A stretch of DNA of 64,000 nt from Octopus sinensis (lineage: Eukaryota). Below the pieces are notes generated by a model that did not search any database, was not told where the DNA came from, and was given only the letters and a program-made list of their open reading frames with translations. Every line of letters starts with the position of its first letter. The stretch's first letter is position 1. The translations under genes and the position numbers were made by a program. Positions 1-13,790 of the stretch are shown one piece after another. The stretch is from the NCBI RefSeq assembly GCF_006345805.1, contig NC_043005.1:59768001-59832000 (forward strand), written 5' to 3'.

Positions 1-59
1 TGATAATCTCGATTTAGATGTACACTTTCATACCAGTAGTGGTCTCTTCAGTTACCAGC

Positions 60-800
60 ATTCTAAAGCGAATTCTTGTCCGCTGATGATTCTGCTCTTG
101 ATGTTGCAACATCTGTAACATCTGTCAAAGAATCAGAGGAGTATGTTAATCGATTTTAAAATACTAGTAAGGCTTTCGGTTTCGCCATCAGCATTGAACG
201 AACATGGCCACAAGTGAAGGCACATTTCCAAGCAAATGGGGTGGGTGATGGTGAAAAAAAAACAAAAAACAACAACGACCAGTTCATCAGTTCTTTACTA
301 ATGCAATCACTATCGATGAGAAAAACCGGAACTATGTAAAGATTTCCACATATCTGGGGAGCAGAGTCAACTCAAATGCCTTTCTTATTTATGAAACAAC
401 CAAACGTATTACCAAAGCTCCAAATGATTTCGGCAAGATTCACCATCGTCTATTGGAAACGAAAATTAATATCTACCAAACTGTCGTTTGTTTTACTCTC
501 TCTTCTCATTTCTAATGACAGATAGGAAAGTAAGGTATCCTACACATCAAGTATCAACCAGCGTCAGGCCTTTCATAAGCGATGTCTATGAACGGTTTGT
601 GAATATAACCAGAGTGAGAGAATTTCGAATATTAGACTGTTCTCTCAATGTAAAATTGGTGCTACTTTCTAATCCCAATAAATAGTGATTGGCTATGCCG
701 TCAGAATGGGTAACTATAGAATTCCACACGTTCGTATTTACAGCCGTGGAAGAATCGTGGGAAAACTTTGACTGAGGCACAAGAACAAGATCAAAGATAA
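60..800 (+). mobile_element. Degenerate RTE-clade LINE reverse transcriptase fragment
   Basis: Frameshifted translation gives ADDSAL...VNRF..TSKAFGFAISIERT, STYLGSRVNSN...RITKAPNDFGK, KINIYQTVV and GYAVRMGNYR, in the order of the RTE/BovB RT and thumb motifs (FADDCAL, FGLTIS, FTYLGS, WAGHVVRM). Confidence 0.75.
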
Positions 801-1098
801 TCCGAATGTAACAAAAAATTTTCAAGGAACATTTGAAAAACAAAATAAAAAGCAGCGAATTCTATACAAAATGCAAGAATTAAGAGCAAAGGTTTTCCTC
901 AATCTAGAAAGCCAGTAGCTTTTCATAACCACCCTGCCTTATTTGTAATTCAAATTGATAGCGTTACTGTCTCGTATGACTTACAGCCTTCAGAACTAAA
1001 AATATATTGCTGTGGAAATTCATTCGTTGAAATGTATGAGAGAATTCTTTATACGGGTGTGTCTAGAAGTATATATATTTGTATATGCGTGTAATGTA

Positions 1099-1230
1099 CG
1101 AGGGGTGTATAGAAAGTTTTGAGCCTTCAAGGCCATTGAGCCTTGAAGACTTGTACCTTCATCAGAAGTCTTGTACCATGTTTTTTTTTGTTTTTGTTTT
1201 TGAGGTTCAAGATTTTTCATACACCCTTCG
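1099..1230. mobile_element. Mariner-derived MITE (~132 bp)
   Basis: Imperfect 28-bp TIRs (cgaggggtgtatagaaagttttgagcct / aggttcaagatttttcatacacccttcg) flanked by TA on both sides. Confidence 0.8.
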
Positions 1231-2557
1231 TATATATGTGCGTGTGCGTTTGTATATGTGTTTCTGATATGTGAATATTTGTAGTTATAAAATTCCATAT
1301 ATGAACACGAATATATTATAAGCGATTGTCTGGATAACCTGCAAATTATACCGAAAGGAACATGACATTGTCAAGAATAAAAGTATTGCTTCGGAAATCA
1401 AACTCTCGCTAAAAATGCAGTTATATCGACAATCAGTATAAACATTTTTAATATAAAATTCGAGCCAAAATGAGAGCTTCTATGCTTTTATTGAACGTGC
1501 TATAAATATCATTCAAATCTCCTCTCAGTCAGGTCCTGCAATTTTGAAAACGAAAGAATGCAATAAGTACATGTGGTTCGAGATAAAGAAAAGACAGAAT
1601 GTTCATTTATAGAACATGTATTGTCATTTAACTTGCTCGATCAAGGCAGAACTGAGAGAAAACACCAACGAGGATGAGGATAACAATAAATCTCAAGGAA
1701 CGTCTGCAATAAATGTTACATATTTGGTGACTTCAGGAAATTTTAAATCTCAAAAAAAAAGAAAAAAAAACAGAAAAAAGAAAATATCAAATAAAGGATT
1801 CTAACATTAATAAGAAATCCAGTAAATAAGTATTTCGAATGAAGAAATTTGAATCAAATCATCGAAAATTGTATGTCGAAGACTGAGTGATAAGAACGAG
1901 GGTTGCAAAAATATTTTCTTTAATTTGCTCTTCCTCCAAGAAACATCAGTCAACATCTGTTACAAGCTGTAAACTATCAATGTAATATTTGTATAATCAT
2001 AATATATAATGTAGTCCTAGCAATGATTTGTACATCATAATTAAGTACTTGACGATTATAACAAGAATATGTTTGATGGCTTGCTCGGCCATGACTGACC
2101 AAGGGTTGTATAAAGAAAATAATACCAATGTCAGAAACATAACAATGGAAGAAGCTTAGATAATATCATTTGGAAATTCAATAGAACTGGAAGCCTGCCA
2201 ATACAATAATTAAACGGAATTTACAAGAAGGAAGATGAAAAGAAAATTTTTAAAAAAATTGGAAACTTATCTAAATTTCTAAAAATGAGACAGAGTTGTT
2301 GGGTCAAGCTTAAAATACACAGGTCAACATATTAACAGCAGCAAGTGGTATTTTCTAAGGAGAACGTAGTTTTCATGGTATATCACAAAGCTGTTACCAA
2401 GGAGAACTTGTAGAGGATTGGACCAGACGGGAAGAGTTAATGTCTGAACTTATCGACAGTCCTTAGAAACATATGCTGTATAATTTATGCAAATATCATA
2501 AATGATGTTAACGGCATTGCTGTACCACATTAATATAATTCAATCATTGATATATAA

Positions 2558-2592
<35 letters not shown>

Positions 2593-2647
2593 CGTGTGTA
2601 TGTATGTGTGTATGTGAGTCAGAATATGTGTGTGTGTGTATGAATTA

Positions 2648-2930
2648 ATTATAAAAGGATTTATATTTTAAGTGGTGTAGATCTAAGAATAACAGATGAT
2701 ACTACTCATAGCATAATTCATTTTTCTTATATTACTTTTCGTTACACACAAAACAAGGTTCTTTTACTGCAAACCTAATGAGGAATTAATTCATGTCTAT
2801 AAGAATTCCCATGACCCACCCATTGTTCTCAGAAAATTAATTTCTAATATTAGATAGGGACTTAATCTTCCCTATTCCCGGATGAAAGCACATTACTTAG
2901 AATCTCTAAGTAATATAAAGAGCCATAACG
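2648..2930 (+). repeat. Unclassified dispersed repeat, copy 1
   Basis: Aligns by eye to the reverse complement of 5660-5960 (shared blocks tgtagat.taagaataacag, cctaatgag.aattaattc, ataagaattcc.atgaccc, aatttctaatattaga, ctattcccggatgaaagcacatt). Confidence 0.7.
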
Positions 2931-3099
2931 TAATATTTATGCATATGTATAATACACATACATATATAAATAATTAGCACATCAATGATTCCCGAAATAA
3001 GAAAAAGTATTGTATATGCATAATAGAGAGCCGGTGTAGATAAAAGAGCAATGTCTCAGAAAGTACCAAAATAATATACCGTATTGTAACATGTATAAG

Positions 3100-3486
3100 G
3101 AACACTCTGCAGGATGCCACACGAGCAGGAGAACCTAGCCATGGGTGTTAGACAATTTCTGCGACCACATCACCCCTAACATCTGGCCACCTAACTCTCC
3201 AGACTCCAACCCCATCTATTATCTGTGGGGCGCAGTTCAGCGGGATACCAACGAAAGTCACGTTTTATGGCAGCATTCGCCAACTTAAAAAAGGAGACTG
3301 TCCAGAAGAGTTGCAGGAGATTCATAAGTCATCTGGAGGCCGTGGTTGATGCCAATGGCAATTTCTTTGAATACATTTATTCTTTAGTTTTTCAAGATAT
3401 TTTTACATAAGTATGGTAAATATATCTCTTAAAATGAGATGTCGGCGTAATTTTTAAATTTTTATTCTGCATAATTTACCCAACTG
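3100..3486 (+). mobile_element. 3' fragment of a Tc1/mariner element (DD37D/maT-like)
   Basis: Translation HTSRRT..W..DNFCDHITPNIWPPNSPDSNPIYYLWGAV...KETVQKSCRRFISHLEAVVDANGNFFE; ends in a TIR-like ataatttacccaactg followed by TA. Confidence 0.75.
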
Positions 3487-3505
3487 TATATTCACCGTAG
3501 CCTGT

Positions 3506-3833
<328 letters not shown>

Positions 3834-3978
3834 GTAATAAGAGGTAATGGTGTCATTGAGACCCAAAGATGTCAGGTAATGCTGAATAAGTGCTTTGGAT
3901 AGACCATAGTTAAATTCCAGGTTCGGTGGTTATGCGAATAGGGGGTTCAACGTTGGTCATACGTCAGCGTGTGTATAT

Positions 3979-4372
3979 AAAACTTGTTTTTCGTAATGAC
4001 ATAAAAGACCAAGGCTGTGAAATTTTTGAACTTTTAAAGATAGAAGGTCTTACGGCTGTTTCTAGCATATTTATTATATCCCTTCATCGGAGAAGGTGTG
4101 AGAGGATGGTTAAGTAATAACTAATTTAGATAAGATACAAATTAGAGATTGAGGTAGAGGAAAGAAAATCTGTGTGATATTTTATATTTTCTTTCCTCTA
4201 CCTCACTGTCTATTTTGTATCATATATAAATTAACTATTACTTAACCATCCTCTCACATCTTCCCCGATGAAGAGGTATTATACATATACTGGAAACAGC
4301 TGTAAGACCTATCTATAAATGTTCTAAAATCTTCACAGCCTTGGTTATTTATCTCATCACGAAAACATTTTT
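3979..4372. mobile_element. Inverted (fold-back) pair of Penelope-like terminal repeats with hammerhead-like motifs
   Basis: 3979-4169 is an imperfect reverse complement of 4186-4372. Each arm has CCGATGA-A-stem-GAAAC-AGC(T/C)-GTA-AGA. The Penelope assignment is inferred from this motif layout. Confidence 0.6.
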
Positions 4373-4418
4373 TATGTATATATATATATATATATATTTA
4401 TGTATATATATATATATA

Positions 4419-4480
<62 letters not shown>

Positions 4481-4483
4481 CAT

Positions 4484-4570
4484 AAAAAGCAACAAGAATG
4501 GATTAGTAGTTTAGTACAATTGTTTCATACTAAGAACAATTTTATTTGAAGCTGCAAATATTGCAGCAAA
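4484..4570 (+). mobile_element. Diverged copy of the TIR of the 20193-20927 element
   Basis: aagcaacaagaatggattagtagtttagtacaattgtttcatac matches aagcaacaagaatggataggtttttagtacaatcgtttcatac at ~20202. Confidence 0.7.
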
Positions 4571-4635
4571 TACAAATAAAATATAGATATATATAGATAT
4601 ATAGATATATAGATATATAGATATATACGTATATA

Positions 4636-4703
<68 letters not shown>

Positions 4704-5659
4704 TAAAACAAAGTAGCAAGTTAACAAATTTCAGTAACAAGTTAACAACTATACTGAGAAGTATTGTTTTTCACACCTCCATTACCAACATTACTACTGT
4801 TTTTAACACCAGGAGGACCTTTCCGGATGCATATATACATGCATATATGTATATATATATATATATATATATACGTACACGCACATAGATGCATACATAT
4901 ATATATACATATGTTACTATAAAATTTTATATCTTGGACATGGTGTTACCCAAGGTATACATAACATTCGCAAGAAAATGTTTTAACAATTATTAAGTGT
5001 GAAACTTTCCTTGTGCTCAAATAAAATAAAATGTTTCTTGCAATTGTAAGTCTTAGAGTTTGGGTCTAAATTATATGGACTTTCCTCGAAGAAGTGCCAT
5101 GTCGTAAAATGCTCACTTGCTGTATAACTTTGTTTCGACTAGATTAGATTCTTTCAAGCATAAATCCTCTTTTTGCGCGTGCCTAAAAATGTTTATTCCT
5201 GTAAGATCGAAGCTTGAAATTCTTCTCAGTCACTCTGGTTTAAGTATTAAATACATAGTCGAGTTTCTACACGGTAACACAAAATAAAATAATGATTTCG
5301 AAAAGTAATTACCGTTAAGTAGCTAGTTCTGCAGGGTGATACAGTTAAAGATTACAAAATGTCTCTTCAGTATTGATTTTTGTTCCCTTTTTTGTGGGGT
5401 GGGGGAAGCCTTATTCGATTGCAGTGGTTAATGGAGCAAGTGAAATTGATACAGCAAGAATGGCTAATTCTGGTATTTCAATATAAATAGTTTGGCGGGT
5501 AGAGAGAAGAAATTGAATTAAGTAATTCTTCCACAATATATATTCTTAGACTTAAACTTTAAATTGGATTATATCAAAGAATAGAGCAATGTCTATTCTG
5601 ATTCTTTGGGGATTGTAGGGAGTGGAATATTGAATTTAGTTTACAAAGCTGCTATTAAG

Positions 5660-5960
5660 TAAAGCTTCATTATGTTACTGTAAGATTGTAAGAAATGTGC
5701 TTTCATCCGGGAATAGTGAAGTTTGAGGCATTTTCTAATATTAGAAATTAAATTTCTCACCACAAAGGTGGTGGTGGTAGTGGGGGTCATAGGAATTCTT
5801 ATGGATAAGAATTAATTTCTCATTAGGAATGCAATTAGAGCAACACTCATTCGTGTGCAAGGAAAAGTAGCATAACAAAAATGGTTCTTTATTATGATAA
5901 GTATCAAGCTGTTATTCTTATATCTACATCATTTAAACATTATATACGTCATTTTATAAG
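5660..5960 (-). repeat. Unclassified dispersed repeat, copy 2
   Basis: Reverse-complement homolog of 2648-2930. Confidence 0.7.
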
Positions 5961-6229
5961 TCATTGCTTATTACTTCTGCAAACGTTTTACATTCAAAGC
6001 AGAATTATTTACAGACTGATTTGCATATAATAGGGACTGATTTTAAAAAGTATTAGTAGTATAGTAGTATACATATAGATATAGTAGTATAGATAGAGAT
6101 ATTAGTAGTATAGATATAGATAATATTCTATTGTATTTGCTTTTGTTTTGTCCCCAAAGAGATATTCGTATACACACACACACTCACACGCACGGACACA
6201 CATATATTTATATATATATATGTGTGTGC

Positions 6230-6266
<37 letters not shown>

Positions 6267-6353
6267 GGAGTAAACACATAAATGTGAAACAAGGTGGAAA
6301 AAAGAGTACTCAAATGCCAGTGTTAGAGTAATATGCTTTGAATAAAGTATATA

Positions 6354-6425
<72 letters not shown>

Positions 6426-6504
6426 TGTACATTTATATATATGTATATATATATATATGATATAACATAATATTATATTATGTTATGTACACCTCAATTA
6501 TTAG

Positions 6505-7022
6505 CAGATCCCTATGACCAGAAACCCGAAGGCATCATCGAAAATGATAATGCAGTGGGATTTTATGATTCAGTGCGACCACGAGGTAGAGAATAAGAAG
6601 CCAGACATAATGTTAATTGAGAAAGTAAGTAAACTATGATTGATCATAGATATAGCATGCCCACCTTGACAACAAAGTTTGCAATAAAGAAAAAAGAAAA
6701 GTCACTAGATATGACAGGTTAGCTTGAGAGTTTAAGCAGTTGTGGTTGATGAAAAACGTGGTAGTAGTACCAATAATTGTCGGAGCCCTGGGAACAGTGA
6801 GTAAAAATCTCGAGAAGTCCATGGAACAAATAGGGGCTGCAATAAGGGTGGAGCACTTGTACAAAACAGCACTGCTTAGAACCACTCGAATACTCCGGGA
6901 GGTGCTCGAAAATAAGAAGTATTACCTTAGTTCACTGGTAGTGAACAGCCCTACACCGTAGTACATCTCCAGCGTTAGAAGCTGTGGAAAGTGTCACTTT
7001 GATGCTGGGAGCTGCTGTGTCA
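6505..7022 (+). mobile_element. 3' end of an RLE-type non-LTR retrotransposon (R4/Dong-like)
   Basis: Broken frame YDQKPEGIIEND..WDFMIQCDHEVENKKPDIMLIEK..LIIDIACP..DNKV..KEKEKV.RYD..LW.MKNVVVVPIIVGALGTVSKNLEK..TALLRTTRILREVLE contains a PD..D restriction-like endonuclease motif; a short UTR and an (AAT)n tract follow. Confidence 0.85.
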
Positions 7023-7027
7023 CTCAA

Positions 7028-7156
7028 TAATAATAATGATGACGATGATGATGATAATGATGATGATAAGATTAATAATAATAATAATGATAATAATAAG
7101 ATTAATAATAATAATGATGATAATAAGATTAATAATAATAATGATAATAATAATAT

Positions 7157-7207
<51 letters not shown>

Positions 7208-7240
7208 TAAAAATAATAATAGTTATGATAATAATGATGG

Positions 7241-7274
<34 letters not shown>

Positions 7275-7330
7275 AACAACAACAACACTAATAATAATAA
7301 CAGCAACAACAATAATAATAATGACAATAG
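7028..7330. repeat. (AAT)n/(GAT)n/(AAC)n compound microsatellite
   Basis: Directly visible; it produces the poly-N/D and poly-I/M ORFs in the track. Confidence 0.95.
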
Positions 7331-9504
7331 CAGGATTATCAAAATATTAATACTTATAGTTATTGTAATTATAACGATTTGTTGTTTACGAGAAAACAAA
7401 CATTACAGAGGGCGCAAATGTGAAACAAGAGCGAAAACACCAGGCAAGTAAAAGAAGGTTGCATGAAGATAAATGGTAACATTAATAAAAATAAGACACG
7501 GTAACCCCCCCCCCAAAAAAAAATAAGCCTGAAAATTGTGCCACAAAACTGGAAACGAACTTGTTATGCTTATTTCAAGGCACATAATCCTGGATACCAT
7601 CTCGCGCACAAATATACGCACATGAAAAGTACGTTTCTATTTTAGTTGCATAACTTTACGGTTTTCTGTTTTCATCCTCATTTCACCACATGCACTTTTC
7701 GTATATATCACCAAAACAAGGTACCTCATAACACTTTCGTGTTGAAATGATGCTCGATGGATTCGATGACATCGTGGTTTGAGAAGGAACATAATTTTCT
7801 ATAGTTATTGCAATGCAACTTACGTAACTTGCGGCATCAAGCAACATAAGACTACACTGCCTTTAAAAGTTGTTGGTTGTTGCCCCCGATACACCCGTCT
7901 TTAACTAATAACGATACGTTTGCTTTAAATAGTAATGCACATATTAGGAGTACACCTAGATGATTTCGCATCTACATGTTTTTACATGTTACCTTCTTTT
8001 ACTTGATCAGCAAGAGTATTTGATTTGTGTATCTAACGTATCAGATGACTACTAATAGGATGTAATAAATGTCTCTAGTGTTCTTGTCAGATTCAAACGG
8101 GGATTTTAGCAGATATTTCTAACATATCAAGTGATCATCTAGACGATTACATAATGATTTCTTTTTCGATCCCAGTACGAGTGTTTGGTTGCTATTTCTG
8201 TATTGAATGCAAGGTGCTGATTTTTCACTAGCTGAAATTTTCAAGTGGTAGAGTGTACTCAATATATGGATAGCAAAAGTCGATCCTCATTTTGCGTTTT
8301 TCACCCAAGACTGCAATTCATTGAAAAAGATAAGCTGTACAAATACACACGAACACGAAGAGTATTTACAAATATTGTCACCGTCGTTTAAGTATTTCTG
8401 AAGATATGATAACTCACCACATCTTTATGTATCATTGATCACGATATGCTCAGATTAGTTGGGAGTAGATGCTGAAAAAAGACAGACAGAGCAGAAAAAA
8501 GCGCACGTCTTCTAAACATAGTGAACGATATACTTTCTAAACTGATCAGATATTTCATGAGACAAGCAATTCGCTCAGGGGGTAATAGGTCTAAAAGGGC
8601 TCATGAATACATTAAAAAAGTACGTATGAGAATAACCCCGCTGCATAAGATAACCTCAAACTTTTTCACCCGTGTTTGTGGTTGGTAGTACAACAATATA
8701 CAAATAATAAGTGGATTTGTATAAACAATATTAATTTGAGATCTTTTTGTAAGCTTTAAAATTCGCTGAGGTTATCCCAAATAGTGTCATTATTACTGAA
8801 CAGACTTAAAGAAAAGTGACTACATTTCATTCACGGTAACAACAATAAGAACTTTAATAACTGTACGCATTGCTTTATTGATATATTAAACAGGATTGGA
8901 TGCAGATGCTATAGTAAGACATCAAACACCTTTCCTCTGCTGAAGATGACAAACAGTGAAAACTTCTAAGGCAGAGAAAACCTATAGAAATATTTGTGAA
9001 ATTTGCATTAGAAAAAAAATACGTCGGAATGTACACAAACATAGTTACATAAACTCACACATATTCTCATATACACACAGCCATTTTTATATTCTAGATG
9101 ACAATATCATAGAGACATGGTCAACTCACTATTTTTGCTGACTTACTTCTCACACTCTTCTTTCTTTGTTAAAAATTGATCGATGCCATATAATTCTCAA
9201 GCGTATCCGTTTAATTCCATTTTCTCTTATTAACTTTTTTTTACAAATTTCGTGATCATCAACTTGCTGTTACAGAAGGGCCCATAAAAATCTACTGATA
9301 AACAAGTTGTATAGTTGCAGAAATATAGATAAAATAATAATGGGTCAGGTTCATCTCTGCACTAATTAAACTGGTGGACACCAAAATATACTGAAGCTTC
9401 TTAGTAAAATGAAATCAAAATCTTTTCTTCATACGTAGAAAATATCTCATGGAGGATCTCGTTCAAGAGATGTACGTCCACACATACCCGTCAAAAGAAT
9501 CAAA

Positions 9505-9695
9505 TGATATGGTTTCAAATTTTGCCACAAGGGGCAGAGATTTCGAGGGAGAAGATGAGTGGATTACATCGACCGCAATGTTCAACTGGTACTTATTTTA
9601 TAGACACCGATAGGACGAAATCAAAGTCGCCCTCGGAACGTAGCAACGGGCGAAATACGGAAAAGCATTTCCTCCGGTGTGCTAACGATTCTCTC
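9505..9695 (-). mobile_element. Degenerate tRNA-derived SINE (family S4)
   Basis: Homologous to 43270-43450 (gattacatcgacc, actggtacttattt, aaagtcg.cctcgg, gtgctaacgattct). Confidence 0.75.
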
Positions 9696-10589
9696 ATCAA
9701 ATAATCATACAGGCAACCCAGACACATATATGTGGGAAGCAGCTACGAAAGCAGGGTCAGGAAAAGAAAAACGCCATTTCACTGATTCTGCCAATAGACC
9801 GTCTTTTAATGATAATTATGGTAATGTTGACTTTTTTAATAATTTTACAAAATATAATTGATGATGCTGACATCGAAAATGTCAACGATGATTACGACTG
9901 TTACGATAATGACGACGAGTATGATTATTATGAGGTACTATATTTCTAAATTTAACTATCTAAACAGTTTAAATTATATTTGGCATCCGAAATGATTTTA
10001 ACAAACTATTTGAAGGATATGATTTGAATGCAATATTTATTCTTGCAAGTTTCCTCTCATTTCTCTCATTTTATTTGTTGTATGTTTTCTTCTATTTTTT
10101 AATGAATTCCGCATCTGCAAAATTAATTGAACATTTCAAGTTGTCTGGAATTTTCAGGGATAACTGAAGATTTTTGCTTTTATCGAATAGGAATGTCTTT
10201 CCTTCTATTTCATACAAACACGAAAAGTCACACATTAAAACGTTCTGACACGCACATAGACACATAATATTAAAGACACAAATGTACATATAGTGGCGTC
10301 AATGTTCCTTCCTACATTCTTCTTCTTTGTTATATATTATATGATTTCTACAAGAAGTAAAAACCCAAAAATTCTCGACAGAAGTTAAATTTTTTATAAG
10401 TCGATCGATTTTCTGTGCGTGATGCCAGAATTTAGTCGTAACTGTTCTCTTAACTGTTTGCACAAACACACACACTGTTAATAAATACACGTGCAGAAGC
10501 ACGGTAAGAACACAGACATTCCTTATTAATTACAGAAACACATACTCACACACACAAACGCATATTTATAGAATTCATAAAGATAGATA

Positions 10590-11175
<586 letters not shown>

Positions 11176-13589
11176 ATCGGTTAATTTTCTGCCAATAGAT
11201 TTAGTGTAATAATAGCTAACCAAATTACCTGACAGCGAGTTAAGATAAACAAGAACGGCTGGTAAGAAAAAAAAATCTCTTTTCATAAATGTTATCGAAG
11301 CAATTTCTAGAGAAAGCAACACACAGTAACCATTCATTTTCTTGTTTGCATTTTCCTGATTTGTAATATAATACATTATTAGTGCTTTTTATTGAGACAC
11401 TCTATAATTTTGTATTTGCAATGGGACACAAGCGAGCTCAACACGGTACATCTGCACCTATTTTCACTGAAACATTTATATACAAGTATACGCCATCCAC
11501 TCTCACATTGGATATAATCATTTTTGGTATCTATCTAGAAAAATGTTACTTCGAAAAGAAAGTCAATACCTTCGACGTTGACAGGGTTCTGAGAACGAAC
11601 AGCGAACTCATCGAAAACATTTTAAAGCTGCATACATAGCAACAACCGTCCTGTTTATCCCTGTTTATGAACAACACAAAAGTGTCTATACGCCGCTTAC
11701 AATATTTGACTGGGACAGCAAAGATCGCACCGTACTGAATTCACTTATCAGATAGAATGTCGGAGCAAGAGAGGAGAAAAAGTTAATGGGGTGGACTATG
11801 AGATGAATCCTACGTATCATAGTCTTACATGCGATATTAAGTCTAGCGGCATTCCTTTTTGGACAAATCCAACCTGACAGATCATTCCTTTTCTGGATTT
11901 CTCCTTGCTTTTTCTTGTAAGTCTTCCTCTGTCCTATCATATCCCTTCGCTCTCTTAAACACATGTAGTCTAACTACATCAACCGTTTCAATAATAATCT
12001 GTCTACCGCATAATCAAATAGTGTCCCTGGAGAGTGTCAATGCGTCCCATTAAAACGAAAGCGTTCTTCCAGCATACAACCAGAACATCGCATGTAGGAG
12101 AGGCAACACTATATTTTCACTGCAAATATTTCTGAGAGTGCAGGTTTAGGACAAAGTTTAATTATAACACAACCTATCAAAGAGATAGGGAAGCGTCTGA
12201 AGGAGACACAATGTGATGTCTCGGAATTGTATCATATACTTTTAGTAGGCTAGTCAGAGGTTTTGTGAACCGAAAACTACATAATTAAAAGTGTCATTTT
12301 ACATTATTCCGTATGGTGCGACGTGAAGGGAATTTTTCACTGCTATTTAGAGCTTTCAAGCAGATTGTATGATCATGTAGAAGATCCATCGTTGACTCAA
12401 GATAGTAAAAAGGACACTGCATGTGTCCTACAGATTGTATTGGCCTCACACCATTTAAATTCATCCATTTTCCATCCACTCATCTTTAAATTTTCTATTC
12501 TGTCATTGAACACGATCTAACCACATATTACTATAATCTTTACTTCACAAACTGTTTATGTTTTCATGCAGTTGTAAAATAGAAACTCTTTTGTGGAGAC
12601 ATTAAGCATGTCGTCCTTGTAGAGTTTGCATAGTCTATGAGCACTGCTCTTCCTTATAGACCAAACCAATAAAAATAATATACTGATGTCCTTTCCAAAA
12701 CTCGTGGCAGTATTTAGGGCAAAGTGAAATGAACGTAGCAGGTATGACTACTCTGCATACATACGAGATATTACGCACTGTTTCTTAATTTTTAAACTTG
12801 GCTAAATAATATGTATAAACATTAATTTGAAAGCCTTTACATTCACTACAGAAACGCGATTAGTGACGAGAAATTTTAAAACACACTGTACTAATGGATA
12901 GTAACCTTCATTTTCAGATTTAAAACTCTAAGGTCAATAAATTTTCCGAATCAAAGCAAGGGCTCACATAAGTTTGCCGTTCAGTGAATGTGGATCGAAA
13001 ATGGATGAATTCGGAGATAAAGTGTGAACAACTAAATAGCTGATACGCTACACATTAGTACAGAAGCTGGTTTTATGAACGAACAAGAAAACCTCTAGAG
13101 CATAGAAAGCAGAATAAAAATTAAATAGATTGTTTCCCAATAATCTAGAAATCATGGAGAAGAAACAACTCATTAAATCACTGCGTTTGATGAGTAAATG
13201 ATTCATAATATCAATATAAAACATATCAAGGAAGAATTGCCACCGTGTTTCGTGGTCTGCTATCACAACAGCTCCTTTATAGGATCCAGTTAGCTCAAGA
13301 CATCATCGGGAGGAACTACGTCCGGTTTCGGCCCCTACTCTTCTACCGTTTTGACGTGGAAGGGCGCCCCCTTTCGGAGGTATCTTCAGCTCTGGTGTTG
13401 GGTGCATGTCTTCTTTCTTCTGTTCCCTGGCCTCTTCGATGTAGCGTCAAAGAGTGTCAGCGGGTGATTGACTGTCTTGTCAAATTTTTCCTTTAAATAC
13501 CTGCTGTCAGTCTTAGCCCATGCATTCTCTAAACGACCGTCAGCTGTCAATCAGCGAAGCTAATTCAGTGACAGCTTGTCTCACCTAAT

Positions 13590-13790
13590 GATGTTATTTT
13601 CCGCCGGCATGTTATGACTTTCAAGCCATTTTTGGTCTTCCCGCTTCAGCCATATATAGAAGCTGGCTTTTTCGACCGCCTCCTGTACTCTCCTTATTAG
13701 TTTTCTCAGCTCCGAGCTAGAAAAAACAAATTTTCTTTTGAATAGCGTTGTCATTTTTCTTTCAATAAATATTTGTTCAACACGCACACA
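13590..13790 (-). mobile_element. C-terminus of an RLE non-LTR retrotransposon ORF (HERO/NeSL-like)
   Basis: ELRKLIRRVQEAVEKASFYIWLKREDQKW resembles the recalled HERO-type C-terminal motif (L..A.EKAS.W.WL.R.D..W); a GC-richer putative 3' UTR follows to ~13250. Confidence 0.55.

Noticed and set aside
11400-12700. Scattered RT-like words on the minus strand (KLYKDD, FYYLESTMD, SGWI, VRVDG)
   Set aside because: Motif order and spacing are inconsistent with a single LINE; too degenerate to call without a profile search.
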